Shown here one piece after another: positions 51,575-64,000 of a stretch of 64,000 bases of DNA. The stretch lies in contig OX597814.1 in NCBI GenBank assembly GCA_951406725.2, forward strand, positions 178,870,001 through 178,934,000. The letters are read 5' to 3'. The number at the start of each line of letters is the position of its first letter. Position 1 is the stretch's first letter. Below the pieces are notes generated by a model. It saw only the letters and a list, made by a program, of their open reading frames with translations, was not told where the DNA came from and did not search any database. This DNA comes from Octopus vulgaris (lineage: Eukaryota). The translations under genes and the position numbers were made by a program.

Positions 51575-53338
51575 TTAAAGTTGGGGCTCAGGATAAATCG
51601 TGGGCTACGCACAATGTATGTAAAACCTGTGTTCAAAATGTACGTCAATGAACCAAGTAAACGATTGCTAATTTTGTCTCACAAAGACTTCTGGTTATAG
51701 CAAGAGAATGCAACAGAAAATAAGTTATTCAAAGGTGGCTTCAGCAATTCGTTCAGTGCTTCACTCAGGTGAAAGACCTGTGCCCATTTTCAAGTATCTA
51801 TCTTCACTGCAAGATGATTCATGTGAAGTAAATGTAAATCATGAACATGACAGTGATACAGACTTTGTAGAAACCTCAACCAAAAACGTGAAAACTTCAA
51901 CCAGGCAGAACTTCATGGTTTAGTTAGAGACTTAGGACCGTCAAATGAGTTATCAGAATTGTTTTCTTCTAGGCTTAAAGAGAAGAATCTATTACAGAAA
52001 GAAACAAACGTAACTTTTTATGTTAACATGGAAAAGGATCTCTTAGCATTCTTTACAACTGGAAAATATTTTGTTTACTAATTTCACTAATGTGAGTAAT
52101 TTTTTTTTACTAAGGTGCGCGTAGATAGTTAAAATAACAGTCTAAAATGTGTATTACTCCATAATGGAAGCTTGTTTGGTTCGCTTCTTATTAATTATTC
52201 CGTACAATTAAAAGAGAATTTTGATCACATAAAAGTTGCATCCGATTTAGTCAAGTATGATAAACACAAATGTGTCATATGTGTGAATCTAAAAGTGATA
52301 ACTTTATACTTGGCCAACGAGGAGGGAATACAAAATATCCGTGTTTCTGTATTTATGGGATAACCTAGCGCGAGACAAATATTAGGGACAGAGACTCAGG
52401 CCAGTTAGGAAAATTTGGACTGTTGAGAAGAGCATCATACCCCAAACACTTGTTGAGCGAGAGAAAAATCAATGTCCCATCCCTTCATATTAAACTAAGA
52501 CTAATGAAACAAGTTGTCAAATCTCTTACTGTGGAGGGTAACTGTTTAAACTTCATATGTACATTTGCTGGCCTAAGTTATAAAATAACGACGACTGGTG
52601 TTTTTGATGGGCCACAAAGAAGAAAGGTAATGAAATGCCAGAATTTTTCAAGCTCGATTACTGAAATAGGAAAGGGTACATGGGATTCATTTGGGTCTGT
52701 TATGAAAGGATCTACGGGGAGTGAAAAGTTTGCAAAGTACAAGGAAATGGTGGAGACATTACTTAATACCTTACCTCTTTTAGGCTGCATAAACATGAGC
52801 ATAAAGATTCATTTCCTCAATAGCCATCTCGATGAATTTCCTGCTAATCTCGGAAACGTGAGCGATGGGCATTGTGAGCGTTTTCATCAAGCAATTAAGA
52901 TTATGGAGGGAGATATCAAGGTCGGTGGAACATACACATCATGGCAGACTACTGATTATTCAAAGAGACAGTGTATACATGAAGCACTCCTGACGCTCTC
53001 GCAATCATAGATTCTTTTCGGTGAATATGAAACTATGTGTATGATGGCCTGTGTTTTATCCATCAATTTAGAGAATTAACTGTATGTATTTAGTAAAAGG
53101 CGATGCTTACATTTATGATTTCATATTCTATTTACATTATAACTTTGAAGCTATAAGACTTAGTAAACTGTCCCGACCAAGTAAATTATTTATACAGTAC
53201 ATCATGAAATAGGGGAATGCTATAAAAAGAAAACATGGTTTGATAGCAGAAAATGGATGCCATATTTGAAATCAGTATCTCAGAATTAACTAAAAACAGT
53301 CACAAAACTGAAGACACCAAAAATTGTGTTGGCCAGTG
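51575..53338 (-). mobile_element. Decayed Chapaev3-like (CMC) DNA transposon; transposase remnants read on the + strand; right end preserved
   Basis: Plus-strand fragments: KVGAQDKSWATHNVCKTC, SAIRSVLHSGERPVPIF, FNQAELHGLVRDLG, LHIKLRLMKQVVKSL, GVFDGPQ.R, NMSIKIHFLNSHLDEFPANLGNVSD.HCERFHQ. The right end is ...ggccagtg followed by taa, which reads CACTG on the minus strand. The family assignment is from recalled motifs. Confidence 0.7.
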
Positions 53339-53444
53339 TAATTATATACCTTTACCTTTATTTTGTGAATATGGTTATGTATGGACACATGAACTTGTCT
53401 ATGAAATCTTTTTATTTACATAACGTACATAAAATATAATTTTC

Positions 53445-53635
53445 TTATTTTTGGCCGAAAAGCCTCAAATTTTGAGAGAGGGCGAAGCCGTTTGACATCG
53501 ACCCTAGTCCACAAATAGTAGTTATTTTATCGCCCAAGAAATAATGAATATAGACACCGGTAGAATTTGAACTCAGAATGTAATGCCGCGAAGTACTTTC
53601 TCCTGTACGCCAAGGATTCTCCCAGCTCACCGATT
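53445..53635 (-). mobile_element. SINE family B, diverged
   Basis: ttttatcgccc...gaatttgaactcagaatgta...cccagctcacc matches family B. Confidence 0.6.
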
Positions 53636-54846
53636 TAACGCACACTACTTATAAAACCTATCTACGTTCATCATTACAAGATGGGAGTGGTTCAATACTA
53701 CATTGGGTAATACTAGTATAGGCAAGGATAAATGATAAAATCACACACTCACGTACGCCCATGCAGAGAAGGCGCGAGTGGAAAGAATAGGGAGATTCAG
53801 ATTATTAAAAATAGAAATACTGTGGAGTCAATATTATAAATGTCCATATTCTCAAAGCAAACTCTTTTTAATCGATGATTATTTTTTTCACGTTTCGTCT
53901 TTGAGTGAGAATCTTGATTAAGATGTCATAATTTAAATAAGCAGATTAAGAACAAATTTGTTGAGGGATATTTTTTGTACACATTACAACTACTTGTCAA
54001 AACTCACTGTACAAATAAAATCGATTGATGAGCGAGGATCTGCGAATGTTCAACAGACTATTCTGCCACAGCTTCAGGTGGGTGACTTAGAATTCAACAC
54101 ATTAAAACATTACAATTTTCACTTCAAGCACACTAAAATTAAGCCGCTCAATATTCTATTGTAATTCAAACACCCTATTTGCTAGTACTATCTGTGCTTC
54201 ATAATTTAAGAATACATAGGTACAGAAATCTTAACAATTTAAAATTTATAGATGTCTGTAAAGCATGAAATTTCCTTTTCCGCCATTTTCAATTTAAATT
54301 TCATATATGGATTGTTCTAACATGAAATGTTCATTCATTAATGCATTCCGTTATTCATTGATTCACTCATTTACATCCTATTTTTTGATTTGTTAACGCT
54401 ACAATATTCGTTGAGTCAGGCAGCAAACCAAATCGAAGACTTGTGTTTGACACTGTAAGTTAACCTACTGCGCACGAATTTATTAAACTTAATGTATAAA
54501 TCAACAAGTATCTATAACTAAATCTACATTGGCAGAAAGGATTTCGTGTCTCAGGGAGGGAATGGATACAGCATGCTTCTGTATCTACCCATGTTTGTGA
54601 TTTCTTTAGTTTACTCAGGTGTTTGGTGCTAGTTGGCATTTGCCTTATGGCACAATTGAATTTACATGGATCACATCCGTCATATTATGGCAAATCAGAA
54701 ATCCATATTCCGAGTATGCCGTAAATTTCTTTTAATGAGGTAACAAAGAAATCTTCAACAGCTGATATTTAATGGTCACTAATGAGTTGGTGAACTGGTC
54801 TACTCCTTTCAGCGTTAGTTAAACAAACGTCTAGCGATATTTTTAG

Positions 54847-55456
54847 AGGCGGCGAGCTGGCAGAAATGTTAGCACGCCGGGTGATATTCTTAACGGTATT
54901 TCGTCTATTTTTATGTTCTGAGTTCAAATTCCGCGAGGTCCACTTTGCCTTCCATCCTTTCGAGGTCGATAAATTAAGTACTAGTTGCGTACTGGGGATC
55001 GATCTAATAGATTAACCCCCTCCCCCCAAAATTCGGGTCTTGTACCTAGAGTAGAAAAGAATTGTTAGCATGCCGGGTGAAATGATTAGCTGTATTTCGT
55101 CTGCCGTTACGTTTTGAGTTAAAATTCCGCCGAAGTCGACATTGCCTTTCATAATTTCGGGGTCGATTAAATGAGTACCAGTTACGCACTGGGGTCGATC
55201 AAATAGATTAACCCTCTCCCCCGAAAATTTAGGTCTTGTGCCTAGAGTAGAAATGAATCGTTAGCATGCCGGGCGAAATGATTAGCTGTATTTCGTCTGC
55301 CGTTACGTTTTGAGTTCAAATTCCGCCGAGGTCGACTTTGCCTTTTATACTTTCGGGGTCGATTAAATAAGTACCAGTTACACACTGGCGTCTATGTACA
55401 CGACTTTATCCCTTTGTCCTTTATTGTCCCTTTGGACAATAAAGAAATAGGTATTG
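54847..55456 (+). mobile_element. SINE family B, three tandem units (period 196 bp)
   Basis: gtatttcgtct at ~54896, ~55092 and ~55288. Only the first unit has the complete head aggcggcgagctggcagaa. Confidence 0.9.
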
Positions 55457-55539
55457 AATGGTCTCTTAACTGTAATATATATCATGTTTATATTCGGGGA
55501 GATTCAGCTTGACAAAGTCTGCGACAATAGATGAAGAAG

Positions 55540-55731
55540 AGCTGGCCCTTTGGAAAACAGGAAAAAGTCGTGGTGAAAGACTACAGCAGAGTTCACACCC
55601 ACCTGCCGGAGCCTCGTGCAACTTTAGGTGTTTACGCTCAATAAACACTCACAACGCCCGGTCTGGGAATCGAAACCAAGATCCTACGACCGCGAATCCG
55701 CTGGCCTAACCACTGGGCTAGTGTGCCTCCA
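55540..55731 (-). mobile_element. SINE family A, partial
   Basis: Head and body match 11630-11804. Confidence 0.8.
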
Positions 55732-55779
55732 CATATATATATATATATAATATATGATATATATACGCACACATATATT

Positions 55780-56180
55780 GGCACAGGAGTAGCTATGTGG
55801 TAAGAAACTTGCTTCCCAAGCACGTGGTTCCGGGTACCTTGAGCAAGTGTGTTCTATTTTTCGGGCCGACTAAAGCTTTCTAAATGGATTTGGTGGACGG
55901 ATGTTGAAAGACCCCATATTGTATCGATATATGCATATATAAATGTGTATGTGTGTGCGACGCCTGTTGTCTGTGTTTGTCCCCACCCCCACCCATCATC
56001 ACTTGACAATTAATATTTGTGTATTTACACCCCCGTAACTTAGTTGTTTGGCAAAAGAGACCGAGAGAATAAGTACCAGGCATAAATAACATTCTTGGGG
56101 TCGATTCATGTGACTGAAAATTCAAGGCGGTGCCCCAGCTTGGCAGCAGTCTAATGACTGAAACAGATAAAATACAAAAG
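55780..56180 (+). mobile_element. SINE family C, diverged and near full-length
   Basis: ggcacaggagtagctatgtggtaag...ccttgagcaagtg...ggcggtgccccagcttggcagcagtctaatgactgaaac. Confidence 0.85.
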
Positions 56181-58139
56181 GTATATCTAAAAGGCTGCTT
56201 GTAACATTGTATTCCGCTGTGGACTCTTCACCATAAATAGAGTAAACATATCTACCCATTCATTTCAACGTATTGAGTTCTATGTCAGATAGCGCTTGCA
56301 GTAAAAGAAAAAGTTCGTGAGTATAGGTTAAAATTCTTACATTAAAATATAACATAGATTATTGATCAGTTTGAGGTGATAATGTATAAAGCATGCAAAA
56401 AGTACTACACTGAATCAAACTCGAGTCAATGGATTCGAGAAGCGACCTTTTAAGCACACAGCCACCGCAGTACTCAATGTTTTGGCATGGAAATATTTTA
56501 GCAACTTATGGGACAACTTCCCTGCGTGCGATATCAAAACGATTTTGTCTTTCTCATCAAATACAGTAGCTGACAAATTAAGTTACCGATCGCTGTATAA
56601 AGTAAAGCTACAAATAGGACTTTAATTCGATTATAATCTAAACTGCATTGTAGTGTAGCAGGTGTAATTCTGAAATATTTTAACCATATAAAATGACGTG
56701 GAATGATGTTATACACGGTTGTAAAAAGAATTTCAGTGCGATAACATATTTAATGTCTCAATTATTTTACCTGTTCTTGAAACACTTTTGTGTCGAATTA
56801 ATTTTGCTGCATATAATACCGAGGTGTCAATTAATTCAACAGTCTCAAGCATTACTTAACTTTCAAATTTTATCGTACTTTAACCCTTTAAAATTTATGA
56901 AATCTATTTTGGCTACTGGGAAAAATAAAGGTTAGTAATTAATAGTTTGAGGCAATGTGATGTGTTTGAAATCTTCGGTACTCTTACACCTGATCCGATA
57001 GAACAGCATCATTTGAAGTGTACGTTCTCAATGAACATCTACACTTTTCTTCGAGACGTTCAATATAATTTTAATTTCTTTAAAGAAGCATGCTAATATA
57101 ATATCTGAAATCTATAGTTTTGCTTAAAATGCTTAGCACGTCTTAGATTTCCTGAGATCATACACTGACGACAATAAAATTAAATTCTACATTATTTAGC
57201 TAAGTCAATTTATAGGAAAATATTGCCGCTGTCAAGAAGTTATCTGGAAGCAATGTGCAACAACTAAGTACAAATGGAATGTTTAATGAGTACTCTCTGC
57301 TTTGGAATCAGACTGGGATTTGCTAATAAACAGGATGACCAAATTCATCAAAATATGCGGTTCACTCTTTTTGTATCACCTTCATAATGTAGGGGTTAAA
57401 AAGCATGAGGGAATGGTTTGAACTCAGAATACATATGGATGGTTTTGTGGAAGCTACGTCCTGGAAGATACTATACCAAATCAAGTACGCCAGTGACAAT
57501 TCTGTTAGTTTAACTATGAGAAATCAGTATCACTTTAACCAGATCTGCCTGAATTTTTAAGGATACATCATCATTGATACACGTGCATCAAAAACCGATG
57601 ATATATAATGCATGCATTTTTAAAGTAATTATTTATATGTACGTTACACTCTCAAAGCTTGAGTTCCTCAAAACTATGTATATTTCCCGCGTAAATTCTG
57701 TTAATGTTATATTCATGAAAGAATAACAAAATAATTCTAATCAAAATTCGATTACTATTCAGTTTAAAGCATTTAATAAATATTATTGAATATTGCATTC
57801 TTTGCCATAGTATGGAAACTCGAGAGAGATAGGGAAAAATGCACTGTGTTTTAGCAGAAGCAGAAGTTATGAAGGATAATCTGATGAGGTAACCAAATGG
57901 TATGTTGGAAAATAATTGAGGAAGCAAGTCGAAGCATTAGGATCCACGGAGGGCATAGTCAAAGCAATTTGGTGATTTGAAGGTATACAAAGAAACAAAA
58001 TGTTGGATATGTGTTGTCCTCGGAGCAAAACAAGATTATTTGACTCACAGGCTAGAGATACGGAGAAAATGTGAAAAGATTATAGTAGATTTGGTGTCAG
58101 TGAGTGGCGAGTAAAACACTTTAGAGTGTATTTTAATAG

Positions 58140-58833
58140 TAGTTCGACTGTTTCCTTTACGCAATAATAGTCAAACTACATTGTTGCCCGTCCACGACTT
58201 GCAATCTTCCCTGAAGATTTCTACGCACCTTCTAAAGTACGCTGTAAAACGTTATACACCCCTAAATGTCATAACTGAATTCTGTTATAGAGTTTAAAAC
58301 GCCGTCTGGAGGAAACGAACTTATTGTGTATCCGCACTTCTTAAGATACAGGTCCATTAGCTGTTGTAGTTTTTCTTGTTGCTGAAGCAGTTGTTTCTGC
58401 AACTCCTGTTGCAGTTCTTGCTGTTGCTTTTGCAACTGTATTATAGAAGCATATAGGTCTCCTACAATTAATTATTTTGTATCACAAAAATTGTTAACTG
58501 ACCTGCTTGATCTTCGAATCCTTGACGCCATTATGGTAACGTGGCTTCTCATCACCGATTATCATAATATCGCCACTATTTATGACGTTACTTGTTTATA
58601 CTCTAACCATGTAGTAACAATAAAGTATGTAACAAAGCAGGGTAACAAAACGTAACATTCCAACAAATTTTCCATGAACAATACACGAACTAACAAACGA
58701 TATTTCGACAAACTATCAAAACAACACCTACGACTTCCTACGATTAACGCTTACCTTGTCTCACTCAGATCAATTATTTATAGCCGTTCAGTGTAGTCTA
58801 ATCTCTAGGAATGTCGTGACTCTCGCCACAACA
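58140..58833 (-). mobile_element. Ty3/Gypsy remnant: putative 5' LTR (~58833-58578), PBS and decayed gag N-terminus
   Basis: Minus strand: TGTTGTGGCG...TATAAAT...CGTCATAA, then tggcga (PBS-like). Downstream it reads a Q-rich coil, FPPDGVLNSITEFSYD and TAYFRRC.EIFREDCKSW....V*LLLRK, which resembles a Gypsy gag N-terminus. Confidence 0.65.
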
Positions 58834-60748
58834 TAGTGGAAATCCATTGGTTTGTCCTTTGGAAATTTGAAACAATAAGTGTTGACCATTGAGACAGAGT
58901 CATTGACGGCGAACGTAAACTAAAATGGAAGTGGAGATATTTATTGAAGTATCTGAAAAATATATGTTAAAATTTAATGATTGAAGATGTTCATGTATCA
59001 TCAATGTAGTGACATATTCGTGGTTGATCTTCAACTCGGCCACCTATATTCTGGTGTATATAAAATTCGTTTTGGTTTCTGCCGATAATCTGTTCTATCT
59101 GTTGATGAACTCATTAAGTGCATTTTAAAATGACGATTAATTCATTCTGGCAAATTAGTGTCTACGTGTTGGCTTTATTTGCGCTGTTGCGTACAAATCA
59201 ATACTTGCAAACTGAGTTGAGAAGTGTAATTGCTAAATTAACAGAGGTCTTTCTTCTTCTACAGAATTCTGAAGGCTCATTACGCTAAGTAAGCTTTCGG
59301 AATGCTGCATTGATTTGTATGAAAATTAGTCTTCATTTCATACTTACCGATAAACCATAATACATTTTTAAAGTGATCTCTTCTTTTTAACTGATATGAC
59401 CATTAATGAAAATATATGTTCAAAGTATAAACCGCTATCAACTGAAACTTTCATTTGCATTGTGTTGGATGAGAGTAACGTATGAAACTCATTTATTCTA
59501 AGTTTCAAATTGAATGTATAAGAGGTAAACTCTAAATTAACGTGAGATATGCAGCGTATGGACATGTTATTCAATACGTTTCTTTCTGCTTTAGAAAGGA
59601 ACAAATAATGTGCAATTTGTGAAGGACAATTGTCATGAGTATCATTTGATACACAAATTTCTCGCAGCTTCTGGTACTGTGCCATTTTCTCCTTCAAAGA
59701 AATTGCTTTTATACAAAGAGAAGTTTAACACCTGTTCCCAGCACATAAGCTCGATTAGCAATTATTCCACGAAAATCAAAATATCTATTGGCATATTCTT
59801 TACATTTCAACCAATGTATTAATAAATGGTTAGATGTGAGTGTTATAATGGCTTCAAATTCCTTTACGAGGAATATGTAAATGTCTATAACACATAATCA
59901 ATATTGATCCATTTGATAAATTTATTATCAATTTTCAGACTTGTCTATATATATTGCCATATACACCGAAGTGTTTCATAAGTGGTAGGGAATATTCAAA
60001 TTTAATTTTGATCAATTTTTTTCTTATTCGGTCCAAACGTAATTTTCAGTTTATTAGCAATGTTTCTTGATTGGTTGCAGTATACATTTCTGGTATATTT
60101 TGGTTTCTTTGGTGTCGACCCATGCCTCGAAATTAATGCAAAACATGCAGAATACATCCTCCAAAACACTTGACAACATGTTCCTACATGATATACATTT
60201 CTTTGATATTGAGTATTATAAAATGATTCTTCCTTGGAAATGGCTTAATCCGATCAAGTAATTCTGTATATTAAAATGTAATAACGGATGTTGTGTTCAT
60301 CTAATTTTAGCATTCTAAATTTTAGGTTATGCATCATCTGCTTCAACAAGTAATTCTCTTCCTTACATACATAATTGTACTCACTGCGAGCAGTTCGCTC
60401 CTTATAAGAAACAAAAAATTAAAATCTTCTACTTACATGCTGAATTTTTATTTCAAGAAAGAAAGAATTCAGAATTGTTTTAATTCGTTGTTCTACAGCT
60501 GAACCAGAAATTCTTTCTTGTATATAATTTAAGAAATATTATGCGCAACTATACTAAAATATGAAAAGCATCGTTGCAATTAACGAATAATCTTGTATAT
60601 TGAAGGAAAAAGAAATATGAGTATCATAAACAATGGGGAACAGCGGAGGGTAGGAAATGAATGAAAGGGAGTAAAGGAGACAGATGAATTAGATGAGATT
60701 GAGGCGGATTAGAAAAAGACATGAGATTTCCATTGTCACACAATAATA

Positions 60749-62030
60749 CGAGGGACGTTCAATAAGTAATGCCACAAACCCACTTGCAGTTGTTTGATCT
60801 AGCTGAAATTTTGCATGTGCAATCATTTATATATTTATAGAGTAAGTGGCAAATTACAGCTCTGAATTAATTGTTGTTTCTGATATACAGGTGTTTGAAC
60901 CGAGTCAAGTGTGAAATGGAGCCTGTTGAGTGTCGAGCAGTGATCCGGTTTTTGTATTTGAAAGGACGCACACCACGGGAGACTTTTGATGAAATGAAAG
61001 TAACTTATGGCGATGATGCCCCATCATATGACCTTGTAAAACGCTGGCATCGTGAATTCAAACATGGTCGGAACTCTGTGGAAACAGCTCCCAGATCTGG
61101 TCGCCCCCTTATGCCATTGATGAGGCATCTGTCCGTCAAGTTGAGGCAGCCATTTTGGAAGATCGACGCATAATTATTCGCCAAATAGCCCATGAGGTCA
61201 AGATTAGTACCGGGTCGGTGGAAACTATCATTCATGACCATTTGCATATGCAAAAGGTGTCTGGATTTCCAGGTTGCTCACGCCTTTCCAGAAGCAAGAA
61301 TGCGTCGAGTGCTCGAGGGTGAATTTGGAGATGTGCCAAGAAGATGAGTCAAAATTTTTCAAAAGACTGATTACACAGGATGAAACCTGGGCCCATCACG
61401 ATGATCCAGAGACCAAAGCCCAGTTAATGCAGTGGAAGCACCGTGACTCACCCTCCAAAGAAGGCAAGGGTGCAGCCCTCCGCTGGCAAGGTCATGCTCA
61501 CAGTCTTCTGGGACCAGGACGGAGTAGTGATGACAGATTTCCTGGCAAACGGTACCACAATTGCAGGAGCCTATTATGCTTCACTTTTGAGGAAATTAAG
61601 AGAAGTTATCAAAATCAAGAGGCGGGGCAAGATCAGCAAAGGCATCCTCCTCCTGCAGGGCAACGCTCCGGTCCACAACTCGCTTGTCGCCAGATCAGAA
61701 GCACAGGCGTATGGCTATGAACTCCTCCCCATCCCCCCTACTTTCCTGACCTTGCACCCTCTGATTTTCACCTCTTCCCAATCATGAAGTTGTTTTTGAA
61801 AGGAAAGCGTTTCGCAGATGATGCAGCCTTGATTTCTGAAGTCACGTTGAGGTTGGAGGACCAAGCTGGGTTCTTCTACAAAAACGGTCTCCAGAGCCGC
61901 CTCAAACAATGGGAGAAATGCGTAACTCTGGGTGGTTCCTATGTAGAAAAAGACTAATAACTGTGCCAAGTTTCGTTGCTCTACTGCTATGGGAAGTTGG
62001 TCAGGGGCATTACTTATTGAACGCTCCTCG
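60749..62030 (+). mobile_element. Full-length mariner DNA transposon (1282 bp), irritans-like, inactive
   Basis: TIRs cgagggacgttcaataagtaatgcc and ggcattacttattgaacgctcctcg, with a TA duplication at 60747-60748 and 62031-62032. Confidence 0.95.
60916..61957 (+). pseudogene. Mariner DDD transposase, frameshifted
   Basis: Reads MEPVECRAVIRFL...PRSGRP, ITQDETW, GKVMLTVFWD, LLQGNAPVH (second catalytic D changed to G) and PDLAPSDFHLF, with several frameshifts. Confidence 0.93.
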
Positions 62031-62766
62031 TATTACTGATAACATATTGTGAGCCAGTCATATTTGTTAAACTACGTCACTTTTATCACGCAGTATCTGC
62101 AGAGGTATGCTCCAGCAGACGAATTATAAATTATCGTATTAATTAGAACATTATATTTATATTAATTTCTTGATGAGGAATCCACTTTAGCCAATTTCTG
62201 TAACATAATTCCATAATAAATTCATTAGCACAGTACGTTATAAAATGAGAATTTGTACGAATCAATTATGAAGAACTAAATATTATTCATTACATTATTT
62301 TCAAGTACTTCTCAGACACATTTTGTTATTAAACGTAATGTAGTGATACATTTTTATAAGAGAAAAGTTTTCGACTAAGGTAAAATAAGGTTTTTGAATA
62401 ATTAAAAGGGAAGCAATCATATAATTGTATCTGGTTTGTATATTCTGGAAATGTCACCAATGTTGAAGTTACTATCACGAAGTTTTGAAGTTACTATCAT
62501 TTGAGTAAATTATTTAGAAATATAAATGTCTCATTCATCGAATAGATTTGTTTCATAAAATACGGATTATTTAGAAATTTATTTAGGAGTGTCTTGCTGA
62601 TCCCGGTCAAAATCATATTTGCTGTTGTTCTTTAACGTACAAACAATAATACATAAAAGAGAATGTGAGAGGAAAAACATGTGACATACAAGAACCCCAC
62701 TTTTTGAGAAAAATTGTCAATGAAGAGAAAAGAATTTCAAGCCGAATATATTCTGGGATTTAATAA

Positions 62767-63512
62767 TTTCAATTTCAACATATATTTATATACATCTCGG
62801 CTTAAATAAATTTTACTGTGTTCCTCTAATTATCCCGACGATAGGCATGTAAGCAGTGATGACCTATGAATCTGAATTTTGCTTCTGAAGAAATAAGAGA
62901 GCAGTCTACAATTATATTGTTTTTTTTAATGTATAACATTCGTCGAAGATATATTTTGTTAAGGTCGAACGCTCGTATTAATATTTGGTGAGATATTTTC
63001 ATTCGTTTTTCACTATCAGATTGTATAACGAGTAATTACGTGAAAGTGATATAATCTTAGAACAGTGAATAAAAGGACTTATATGAATTATGCTCACAAC
63101 AAATTCAATTAGGAATATCAAGTGGAAATCTGAACCACCATCTGTTATTTATTTAAATTATATACAGAGTATCTCAGATTGCAGTACTACAGTTGGAAAT
63201 TACAGGATTTCCGTAACTGTACTAATTCTCTAATTTGAAAATATAGGAATTTTCAGGAAGTCTACTTGTCAATTATGGGTAAGGCCCTCTTCATATCAAG
63301 TCTCGTCAACCACATTTCCTTAATATCTAATCAAAGCTGTCAGAAAACATATATTTCTAACATTAAATACATTAACATATTCCTTTCAATTTCAAAATTT
63401 ATTTATATACATCTCTGCTGAAATAGATTTTACTCAGTATTCCTCTAATTATCCCGACGATAGGCATGTAAGCAGTGGTGACCTATGAATTTGAAGTTTG
63501 CTACTGAAGAAA
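62767..63512. repeat. ~128-bp direct repeat pair (62767-62893 and 63384-63512)
   Basis: The core ttcctctaattatcccgacgataggcatgtaagcagtg is identical in both copies and the flanks are similar. Confidence 0.9.
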
Positions 63513-64000
63513 ATTGAAGTTAAACACCACTTCAAGTAGAAAAATATAAATTGATTATTTTTAATGGTTACACATCAAAGAATAATTTCAGGCATCCCTA
63601 ATAAATCTTAGATTAACATACATGGAAAACAGAGGTTGGGTGTTACATTTAATGTTTAGTTTTAATTACTGCAGATTAATAATTAAAAGAAAAGTGAAAA
63701 CTTTTTTACTAAATTCGAGAGATTGATGTTGTTTGAGCAAAAAACTTTGAAAAAGTGCTTCATGGAATATAGCTGTTGTAGGACATTAGGAGTAACTGCA
63801 AATAGAGTTAAGGAAATTAGCGTCATCAGCAAATGCAGGGGCGAAAGTAATATTGCTTATATTGATGATGACGTATTGTCTTTAGAAAAAGGTATTCTAA
63901 ATATATTTAGTGAAATACTGTAGAGAGAGAGAGAGAGAGAGAATGAGAGGGCGAGTGCGATAGGTAAATTATCACCATTCCGATTCCATATTTTCAATTT

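Overview
This is AT-rich, microsatellite-dense animal genomic DNA. The SINE families and repeat content look like octopus or another cephalopod (inferred from recalled repeat families, not from a search). I see no intact host protein-coding gene, and most listed ORFs are translations of (TA)n, (CA)n or (GAA)n tracts. The window is mostly decayed transposons: Penelope-like elements (PLEs, with RT and GIY-YIG remnants), R4/Dong-like LINEs, RTE LINEs with C-terminal zinc fingers, CR1/L2-type LINE 3' ends, a full-length but frameshifted mariner, a Chapaev3-like DNA transposon, a Gypsy LTR plus gag remnant, and many tRNA-derived SINEs. The most interesting signal is non-coding. Several small fold-back (inverted-repeat) elements sit inside (TA)n tracts, and many carry minimal type I hammerhead ribozymes with palindromic stem III. 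Two hammerheads have a compensatory U3-A8 core. One element of similar architecture carries a tRNA-like gene instead. Other signals are a pre-miRNA-like hairpin, head-less tandem SINE concatemers, a covarying SINE/LINE 3' stem-loop and a duplicated exon-like block. All structures were read by eye and need computational confirmation.
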